Below, in pieces: positions 53,448-64,000 of a stretch of 64,000 bases of DNA (its first letter is position 1; every line of letters starts with the position of its first letter). The stretch spans positions 64,110,001-64,174,000 of the forward strand of contig NW_024704743.1 of assembly GCF_018977255.1 (NCBI RefSeq), in the 5' to 3' direction. The notes below the pieces were generated by a model. That model had not been told where the DNA came from and made no database searches. It saw only the letters and a program-made list of their open reading frames with translations. The translations under genes and the position numbers were made by a program. Source of the stretch: Callorhinchus milii (taxonomy: Eukaryota).

Positions 53448-55878
53448 GTAAGAGCAGACACCATTTTGGCTTCCGCAGGAAACCACAGCGTCTTGGCCCA
53501 CCAACAGCCAGCACCTGTTAGTTTTTCAAATTTTTTTCTGTCTTCTTTCTTATCTAATGACTAATTTAGAAATGTAGTGTACTTGCACCTTATTGAAGTA
53601 GGGGGAGTTGACTAATAATTCATTATTGCTAATACTGCTTGAGATCTTTATCAATGTGTCCTTAACACTGCACCAATCTGAATCTGTTAACAGTTCTTTT
53701 TAAACATATGATAGTCGTCAAAGAGAATGAGAAAGTATGCAAACGATTGAGCTTCTCTCGTGAGACCATAAATGATGTCTTTAAAACCAGCTTTGGTTTC
53801 CCCTACCTCAAATAATGATGCGATGATGTATAGATAGCAAAATTAGAAATCTAAACTATTGCATGCTATTTATCTTACTGTAACTGTGCATCATACATTT
53901 TACCAATAGTGTGGTGTATTGGTGTTATGGAATAGTTTGCCCTTAATGTATACCGTGTTTTGGCGTATCTTTACCTAGAAATATTTCAGTCCATTATTAA
54001 AGCACATACCAAAGATTCCTGATAAACATGAATTGTAGAATCACAGAAATTTACAGCACAGACTGAGGCCATTCAACTACCTAGCCTGCACTGACTCTCA
54101 GAGCAAACTGTTCATTCAGTCTCACTGCCCCCTGCCTTTCCCCATATTCCTTCAAGCTTTTATATTTCGTATACATGTCCACTTCCCCCTTGTAACCCAC
54201 AATGGGCTCTGTCTCTACCATCTTACTTGGCAATATGTGGATCTTGATAGTAATTTGTCTCCACTTATTAGACAATGTAAGGGTTCTCTTAAATTGATTC
54301 TAATATCAATTCAATTATTTTTATTAAATGCTTTTTTTTAAAAGAATATTTGCATGTCATTATTTTAAGCCACTGCAAACTGCTATTAGTTTCTTGTACA
54401 AAAAGGAACCATGCTGCAGTTCCCATTCATCAGCCACAGACTGAAATTATTTCCTGGATCCATTGTGCTTATCACAATACCTAAAGAGAATTATTAATAT
54501 TAAAGGCTCACTATCTGTTGCTAAAAATAGAGTACTGTAATAGTATACAAGCAAAGGAACTGAGGATGGCTTTAGTTGGAACTGGATTCACTGAACAGAC
54601 AAAAGAGCAGTATTTTTAGTTTCTAGTTACATTTGTGAGAGTGCCTGTTTCAATCCTTAGTTTATGCAGAGTTAGATGATCTCAGTTGGGAGAAGAATCA
54701 GGTGTTGCAATTGACCTTTCTGTCACTGGGGCTTGGGTTGGAAGCCAAATCATCCCAGTGACTCCATCTGCTTGTTTTCAAGTGGATGTCAAAGTTCCCA
54801 AGATGCTATTCAAAAAGATAAGGATGTTTCTCCTTTTGTCTGGACAACAACCCAGCAGATTAATTTGTTATTCAGATTATGGCTATTTGTGGAACCTTGA
54901 TGGTGCAAATGGCGACATGTTTTCCTTCAAAACAGTCACTACATTTGAAAGTAACTACTGTGAATTGTTTTGAGACATTTCCACATGGTAAAATGCTATA
55001 AAAGTGCAGATTATTTATTTCTTGAAAATGAGTGTACATAGATAGAAATCAGGGCCTGGCTGTCATACATCTCTGTCCCTCTCCCACCTCCACCTCCAAT
55101 CTGATAATTTGCTGACATTCACTAAATTAAGCTTATACAGAAGAGTAGTAATTTAAGAACAATCCCAGAAGGCTACACACTTACATGAGAAGAGGAATAA
55201 TTAGAAAGAAAAATCTAATGGTTATGTTACAAAATTCATCCCACAAGTTGTGAGTTAAGAAGAATTATGTTCATGTTTATAGTATGTCTCTCTGGGATGT
55301 CACCCTATGTAGTGAAATACCATTTGAATAATACCAATTAAACTAAGATTATTTTGAACCAGAGTATCTTGCATTAGTAATAATAGTTTATAATAATCCT
55401 TACATTTGATACATGCACTTGAGTGCACATATGGAAGATGTGGCAAAGCGCTTCACATAATATACTTTAAAGTGTGGTGACTATGTATTTTGTAGGTGAA
55501 CCCAAACAAATTGTGCACAGTAAAACAACAGCCATGAAGTGAAAGACCAATTTTATCTGGGGTGTGTTGTTGCCCAGGATACCAGGAGAAACTCCCTTCT
55601 CTTTTCAAAAAAGTTCACATTAGATATTAATATTCTGACTAAACATCATACGAATGCTAAAAGGGCAAGCTATTCCTCCGTTAAATTTTAATAATGTATA
55701 ATACAAAAAATCATTATTAAATGTAAAGAAGTTTAAAACGGCTTTTTCATTTTAAATGTGCTTATATTTAAATAAATGTTATTTGGCAGTCTTGCTTTTT
55801 CTGTTGTGTGGTGCTATATGTTACTTTATGATAGTCCACAGATAAACTTAAGTGCGTGTTCTTAAACTTGTTTTTCAG

Positions 55879-55920
55879 GCATACACCATTCAGGGACAGT
55901 ATGCAATTCCTCATCCAGAC
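55879..55920 (+). CDS. PCBP3: PCBP3(-like) coding exon 8 (AYTIQGQYAIPHPD)
   Basis: gtttttcag acceptor, GAC|gtgagt donor; 42 nt. Confidence 0.95.
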
Positions 55921-56373
55921 GTGAGTCCTGTGCACTATAAGCAGTGCTGTCTTTCTTATTTGTTCTGGGCAACATTTACTTTCTGCCTTTAAGAAGTGGA
56001 AGACGGTTGGCAGTAGATTCTTCTGTGTCTAGCGCTTACTTGAAGTAAAAGCCTGAATATTGTATGAACTATACCTGCTGGAAAGTACATTGGCCCAGAT
56101 ACAAATCTTTTGCTCTTTGCATGATATAGCTGAAAGAAATGTTAATCATTTAAATGTAAACAGTAGTTGGCATTAACAGTAATTCTCACTTGTGTAACAG
56201 TAGATATGTCAATAGTCTAACGATTATATTTTGAAATAATAGTATAGAATAACTGATTCTGTTTAAAAATGTGCATTTAATTGAATTAATCCTGTTGTTA
56301 AGAAAGATGGTTTCTGTATTCTGATATAATTCCATTTGATTGGTTAGCTCTAATTTCCCATCCTGCCCTGCAG

Positions 56374-56449
56374 TTGACCAAGCTTCACCAGTTGGCTATG
56401 CAGCATACCCCCTTTACTCCCCTTGGGCAGACCACCCCTGGTTTCCCTG
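56374..56449 (+). CDS. PCBP3: PCBP3(-like) coding exon 9 (LTKLHQLAMQHTPFTPLGQTTPGFP+G)
   Basis: cctgccctgcag acceptor, CCTG|gtacgt donor; 76 nt, ends phase 1. Confidence 0.94.
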
Positions 56450-57387
56450 GTACGTACCCGTGACTCCCTGGGGATGTCCTTTCTCAAAGCACCTTTATCT
56501 CCCATGGTCATTATATCACTTAATTAAATGTGGTCAATGACCAAGTTTCCTGTTGTCACATGTTTAACTGTGACTAATTTTTATGATTACCCTTGTAATG
56601 AGTTATGTTATTAATAGTTCTTCGTGTTGTCTTGTACCCTTGTTAACAGCTTTGATAGTTAAACATATTTAATGATGTTATGTTGTAGCATCATTTAAAT
56701 GTAATGTTTCTGTAATTAATCCCAATGTTGTATAATTATGTTCTGTTGTTTAACATCTTTCCTGAATTTCATTAGCAAAACCTTGATATCCTCATTAACA
56801 TACATTTGATGCATGTTACATGAAAATATATGTTCGTTATAGACTGAAACAGATAGTTTACTAATCCGTTCTTCTCTTTCCTGGCCCCTTATGATGTTTG
56901 ATTAATTTTTAAAATGTAGTCCTTTCAACTTGTGTAACCCTTAGGGAGATAGCTGTCTTTCCAACCAACCTTACCTTATGTAGTGCAAACTAACCTCCTG
57001 TACCTTTACTATCCTCAAGCCAACATCCTTTATATTAATTCATTTCAGCTCCTTCTCTCATTTCCCCCCTTTTCCCATCCTCTCTTGCCCCTTGTCCTCT
57101 TGTTCCACTTTTCCTTCTCATCTCAAAAACATTCTCATCCTGCTGCATCTTAGTGTCTGCCTTTTTTTGTTTTACATTTTCCCTCATCACTGCATTTCCT
57201 TCTCCATCTTTCTATATTTTTCTTTTCTTCTTCACTTTATTCTGTTCAGCTGTCTCTTTCAACCTCTGCCAACTATTCTTTGCTCTCCCCACTCTCTGAC
57301 ATAAAAAAAACTTTTAATGTGCTTTAATTGTCTAATCTATGCCAGGCAATTGATCCCAACAGTTTTCCCTTTCTTTCCCACCAACAG

Positions 57388-57440
57388 GAATGGATGGCTC
57401 TTCTCCAACCAGTTCCCATGAACTTACTATTCCAAATGAT
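57388..57440 (+). CDS. PCBP3: PCBP3(-like) coding exon 10 (G-MDGSSPTSSHELTIPND)
   Basis: cccaccaacag acceptor, GAT|gtaagt donor; 53 nt, phase 1 to 0; start of KH3. Confidence 0.94.
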
Positions 57441-58349
57441 GTAAGTGTTCCTACATTATCTTCCCCCAGTCCTCTGCATGCCATGTTCCAGCTCATACAG
57501 ATACCACACAGTAACTGCCTGCTTTACCTGAGGAAAATATACTGAATTACATTAAAACAGACTTAAAATAACAGTCTACCAAACAGGATTTAGAGAAATA
57601 CTTTCTTCAATTTGGTTGTCACGTTTTAACTTCTTGCGAGTTCTTATTGTGCGTATCAAGGATAATAATCCTCAATCAAGAATAGATTAACAAAAATAAA
57701 CTGTTTGGATAGGAATTTAAAAGCTGGGTTAATGCTGCAAGTTTTGAAGAGGAGAAGGCTTTTTAAGGTTTACTGATTTCACTGACATTCTTAGACCACA
57801 CTTGTCAGTGAAGATCTGTCATAAGATGTTCTACACAATGAGGCTACAAAATAAGACTACTGGGTACAAAGCAATTGCATAACAGAGGAGTGGAGGGTGG
57901 TTCAGATACCGTTACCCTCTGTGAGAGCCCAACTTACTAGCTGAATCCAGGACTTTCTGTGGCTGCCTTGTAATGCATTTGTAGCCATTTGTTTTATCAT
58001 TATGTACAATACAAGCAGCCCATTTTCACAAACTTCTGAAGGAGTAGTGTGTTGTTTGTTTTCAAAAACAACCTATTTTTGATGAGGACATTCAATGTTT
58101 TCAGATGGTATTTTTTAAAACAAAAGTTGGATTTGCTGCTATGTGCCTTTTACTCATTTGGCCCTATCTCTCACCAGAAAATCTGAATGACAAACATGTG
58201 AATGAGCCTATCATGGTTGTCTGTACCAGCAGAGTTTGTGTAATATTGAAAATGGCAGGTCTGAGATGACGGCAGGGAGTTTTCTTTGTTTGAAACTAAT
58301 TTTAAATGTTTGCATTCCTCACTGATTTCCCCAGCTCCACCAACTCACA

Positions 58350-58895
58350 AAGTCCAATTGATATCCTCACATGTATCAAACTCTGCACCCCATCACCCCA
58401 GTCCTTGCCAGTGTCCACTGGCTGCCTGTCACAGAATGGATCGACTTCAAGATCCTATTCTGTGCATTCACAATAGATTCTGTGAATCGCTTTGCGATGT
58501 CTCAAAAACGTGATAAGGCTCTATGTCAAATACAAGGATTATTATTGTTATTATCCGAGCACTCACCTACAAATTACTTCATGCCCCAACACCTCACTAC
58601 CTTTCCAACCTGATCATACCTCATTCCTCTACCCGCCCTATTCTCTCAGCCAGCTTAGGCCTTCTGTGTTTCCCTTGAGCCCTCCACCATCAGCAGTCAT
58701 GCTTTCAACCACTATGCCCCAAACCTCTAGAACCCTCTGCCTCATACGTTGGCCCCTCTTTCCCTTTCTTTAGATCGCATCTGAAGATTATCTTCTTTGA
58801 CTTACAGTCACCTCCCCTCTCTCACTAGCTTGAAGTCAAACTATGCCAGCTATGCACTCAAAGACACTACCCTATGTGAAGGGCAAGTCATTATT
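58350..58895 (+). mobile_element. L2 3' fragment interrupted by a SINE tail (about 58465-58553)
   Basis: PITPVLASVHWLPVTEWIDFKIL, then a SINE tail motif, then L2 resumes. Confidence 0.72.
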
Positions 58896-61800
58896 TTATT
58901 TTAGATTTCCAGCATCTGCAGTATTTTGCCTTTTTAAAAAAATATTGTTGCTGTTATTTAACCTTTGAGCACAGCTAATACTATATAAATTTATATTACA
59001 GTGGTATGGGGAAAAGGCAGGTAAATGGGAGAGAATGGCTTGGTCTTTCAAAGAGACAGCACAGGCATACTAGACCAAATTGCCTTCTTCTGTGCTGTAA
59101 GTTTCTATGATTCTATAGTATATTTGGATACTATTTGCTTGCATGGTTCCTACATGCATTCCTGAACACCCTGGTCAGCCCCACTGTCATCTTTCCATTT
59201 TTTTTCGGGTTGTGGATTAACAAGGTTACTTTTGTGACATCATCCTGTAAGTCTTCAGGGCTTGGGTTTTCAGTTGACTGCAGAACTCACTGGTTCAGCT
59301 GGGTTTCAGCCAAACAAGTAATTTTAACAAAGTTCCTGATTCAAAAATGTTCAATGGGAACTTGAATAATTAAACCATGTATTGAAGACAGACTTGCAGG
59401 GTCTGACCTTAAAAGTGCCTGTTATCATTGCCTGTGTGGTATTGATCCATTTGTTAAGCACTGCCCAACAAGCTTGCCAGTATTATGAGCACTGTTTGGT
59501 AATGAATTGTCAATAGAGTGATGTATTGCAAGATACAATTTATTTCGTAATGTCTATCTAATTCAATCCAAAGGAATCTATTCACTACTTTGTATGTAAC
59601 AGTTACCTGTTGGCTTCAGAATACACTCTGTAAATTCCAATAGCCTTTATATTCCACTGGGCTGTTTGTTTAGTGCTGATGTAAGTGGGTTCACCTGGCA
59701 GTATTCATTTTCTTGTTTTGCGTTGAAGCATCAGGCTACTTAAATTTAAAATGGTCGTTATCCCAGGCAGCTGAAACTACTTGCAGCCATAAACAACTGT
59801 TTATAATGATTCAGTGGTCAGTCACATCAAAATCTAACCTAAAGACTCCGGAAACTGATAGTGTTGCTTTGGAGAGTCTAGAGAGAAGAGCAAAGAGTGT
59901 TGACAGACAATTGATGGAGAACATGATTCAAAACACTGAGCAGTACAGATAAATAAATTATTTAACATGAAGTATGAGAAAAATTATAAGACACAGGCTT
60001 TCCTCCAAGTGCAATAGATTTGTGGACCAACCTCCCCTCAAAAGCAGTTAATAGTGTGTTGACCAAAGAAAAGCTGAATAAATAAAAGGATTGACGATTA
60101 TGTGAATGAGAGCAGAAATGGTTGCTGTAGTGCTGGGGCTCAGAGGCAGTGACACCTGTGGAGGGGAGCTAAGCAGGATTCAGCAGTGGCAACATGAGTG
60201 TGGATAAAACTTCTAGTGTTTTGCTTCATTGTCTTTGAGGGTCAGGGTTATTCATGCAGAGCTTATTTAAATGGATAGATAAAAATACGATAAATTACAT
60301 TGTAAAATAAAAATAAGGATAATTGCTAATGGAAAATCAAAGGTAAGATTGATAGGGAAGAAAAGCCAGTGGTAGACGTAATCATTTTATGACTATTTTT
60401 AATTTAGGATTTATTTTAACATGTATATACATATTCTTTGGCTCAGCCTCTGATGCATGAGCCGAGGCTTGGGGACCCCAGAGTGTGTGTTGGGGTACTG
60501 CTGGAGTCTAACCAGCTAAAACCACATAGCTTGACATTGTGGTTTTAGCTGGTACGCTTGTCCAGCTAGGACCACCCTATTCATTAGTGCTGTGGCTTTA
60601 TTGATATCAATAAGGCCACTCTTGACATTTCAGTAGAATTATAGTGCAATAGAATATTATTGAACTTCACATTGTGTGCAGTGAAATCATAAGAAAATAC
60701 CCAGCCAGAAGGCTACAGAATTCCCTGGAGATGCAGGGTTAGGGCTCATCAATCTCACTCAGTTATGTGACCTTCAAATAACTGAACTACAAAAGCCTGC
60801 CAGCACTTAGTCATATCTCATTTGCAAAGTAAGGAATTCTATCCTGTCATTGCAAACTACTGTCACATAATTCACATACGATTCCTTGTAAGATTAACTC
60901 GCCTCAGTTGTTATGCAATGTCCGAAAAATATATTGAAACACAGATGCTGAAGGTTTCATTTAAATGGTAATATTTATTCCAGGTGTAAATAATCTAGGT
61001 TGTTTGATATTAAATATTGATGCACGGCACTGGTGCCTGAATTTGCTGCCAGTTTGGTATGCACCTACAGTTCTTCACATGGGAAGCTTTCAATCTCAGG
61101 CACACTGCCAGTCAGGCAGAGAATTATGTTTCTGAATAGTGAAGAATATAAACTTGGAAGGCACTTGTCAACCCCTCACACTTCCTTAGCACAGGTACAC
61201 AGCGGTATCCCCTCAACTGGTATGATGCATAATTCAACAACAACAGCTTGCATTGTATAGCACCCTTCACTCTGGGTAATGTCTCAGAGGGCTTGACAGT
61301 GGCGGAGCCTGCCGCCAAGCCAAGGAATGGGGGTGACTAAGCAAAGTCGATGTACTTCAAAGTAATACTTTCAGAAGTACTCAAAAACAGAGAGAGCAAT
61401 AATATGTAAAAGAAGAGAACAAATTAAAAGAACAAGTAAAGTCAAAGGCTAGTATTTGGTGTGAAAAGAACTAACACTCCACCCACACTCCAAACTTAGC
61501 TCTTAAAAATACAAAAACAATATGTGTGTGCTTCTCTTCATCTTTGGAGGTTATTTTTGTACCAAGGGGCTCACAATGTGAGGTCTCTGCTCTCCTATTA
61601 AGTTATTATTTGCAGGGTCAAGCCTAGCACATCTGGAGCAGATCCATTAAACTCAACAATAATTGACTTCAGACTAGCCCTGGGTTAATCCACAGATACC
61701 CATCCCAGAAGGACCATTATCAGTCAATTATGCACTAATAAGCAATGAGTCGTCACTATGGGAGGTACTTTGAAAGGGCAGACATTAATCTTTTATAATA

Positions 61801-62143
61801 ACTTATGAATAACTTGCTCGATGTAGTTCAACAGTAGTTACTGTCATAGGCATGGAAGAAATAATTCAGTATAATGGACATTTTAACCTAGACAAATGAA
61901 GACGTTTTGCAAAACACCAAACAGGAACATAAAATCACTTATATTAATTTACTGGTGGTGAGTTCTATACATATGAATTGGTAGTTATTCTCTGCTTATC
62001 ATAAATGTTCTGCCTTGTAGCAGCGTGAGCTATAATAATACGTAATCACACACCAACATTTAGTAGATTTTGGTAAAATCCAGATGTATTTTGTTAATTG
62101 CGACTTCTGGTTTGCGAAAATCGAATTGTGAAGTCTAAAATAG

Positions 62144-62594
<451 letters not shown>

Positions 62595-64000
62595 GTAGGT
62601 TTCACCTTCATTATTTTTGATAACTAGAGTTCAATAAGTGTTAAGAAATTGTACACTGAGTGTTGCAGTCGAAAATAAAATAGCAATTTCATACACAATG
62701 AAGAATCATAATGGGGCTTTTTATACCACAAGTGAGAAAATGTCACAACTCACAAATGAAGGCAGAATAGATTACAAAGGTCTTATTCGCAAGTTGACTA
62801 AACACTGTTTCCCACTGTTCCTAATTTTGTGTTCTGTTTATATCACCAATTGAACTTTGATCTGTATAAAAGTTCCATTTATTAAAATGTTCATATAATT
62901 GTGAAAAAAATGCACATTGAAGCCAGTTAAGCTTCATTATTGAGTCATGAGAAAGCTTTTCAAGTGTTATGGTATAGATATAATTCCACTATGGTAGAAT
63001 ATTAATGATTTAGTCCTGGTTTGTGGGGTTACAGCATCAGAGAAAGTGAATTAAATAATAGCCAAGAGTATTGGACAGTCCTGGCAAATGATGTCCAGGA
63101 TAAAAAGAGAGTTCACAATTATATGACTGTGGCATTAGTCATATAAAATCTATGGCATTATGACTGTGACTATTATATATCTATTGCCCTATGACTATAT
63201 ATCACAACACATCAAACAAGCAAACATGTCTCTTCTAAAGGCTGGCAGCAGTTTTAGAGAAAACAGTAACACAAGTACGTTTTTGGCAAACAGTTTACAA
63301 AATAGTCAAAGTTTGCTTGTCCCTTTAAGAATGACAGGTAAAACAATGTACATAGCTTTTATTGCTCTTTGGTATCTTAACACTACAGAAAGAAGAAAGC
63401 ACAGATATGCACTTTTTTAGTGCCTTAATAATACTTTGAAGTATCTCAAACCACATCACAAGTACAGAAATTACTGTTGAGTGCCTTTTTTTGTTGGTGC
63501 AAGGCACAGAATTAAATCAATTTAGTTAATAGCTATAGCTAATATTGAGAGGAAACATTTTTGTAAACTTTTGTTGTGGCAACCCTGCTCTTAACATAAT
63601 TTTTTTGATTCAAAGCTTATGGCTGCCAACTTGTGACTAGATTCCAGCAGTAATGTCTCCCTTGGAACCTAAGTCAAAGCACAGGAAGAATACAGGCCAG
63701 TCTGCTGTGAGATAAAAGGCTGGTACATCTTTAGATTATATTCTTTAGGCTCATTGTTTCAGTTCATGACAGAAGTGACAGCTGTCGGTGGGGGAAGAAG
63801 GCTGGATACTGGATTCCAAGGACATAAGGCAGCAGAAAGGATACCTTCATCTATGTCTTGGAATATACAGTAGTTAGCTAAAGTATCATAAAAGAGTTCT
63901 TTAATCTACCATTTCCTGAAAGAGTTTTTTTAAAAAAAGGCTAGGTTTAAAACAAAATTATTAATACTATATATTTCTTTAAGCACAAGATTGAGATGAA

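Noticed and set aside
57346..57387. Upstream alternative acceptor for exon 10 (42 nt, immediate TGA; poison-like)
   Set aside because: Weak pyrimidine tract and no independent support
63616..63873. Candidate last coding exons (aag|C TTA TGG... giving SLWLPTCD*; an MTEVTAVG stretch resembling the PCBP3 C-terminus)
   Set aside because: The first has no recognisable homology and the second is out of phase with the phase-2 donor of exon 11; the terminal exon is probably beyond the window

Overview
Vertebrate genomic DNA: AT-rich, CpG-depleted and intron-rich. The repeat repertoire (L2 and CR1 LINEs, Deu-domain tRNA-SINEs) suggests a cartilaginous fish, which is an inference. The window holds one protein-coding gene on the + strand, a poly(rC)-binding protein with three KH domains (PCBP3 or a PCBP3-like paralogue). 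Eleven coding exons were traced from the ATG at 39727 to 62594, all with GT-AG boundaries and matching phases; the last coding exon was not found. Exon 11 carries an apparent 1-nt deletion that frameshifts the end of KH3. Exon 7 has an in-frame 69-nt alternative 5' splice extension, and a probable 5'-UTR exon with an upstream motif cluster lies at about 33.6-34.0 kb. The rest is intron or upstream sequence full of mobile elements: L2 and CR1 fragments, two SINE families with L2-type tails, hAT MITEs, a composite non-autonomous Helitron, and an unclassified repeat family whose copies all face one way. Several hairpins are also present. Almost all entries in the ORF track are retroelement fragments or chance ORFs. 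I found no clear new biological system; the best leads are listed as findings. Repeat boundaries are approximate.
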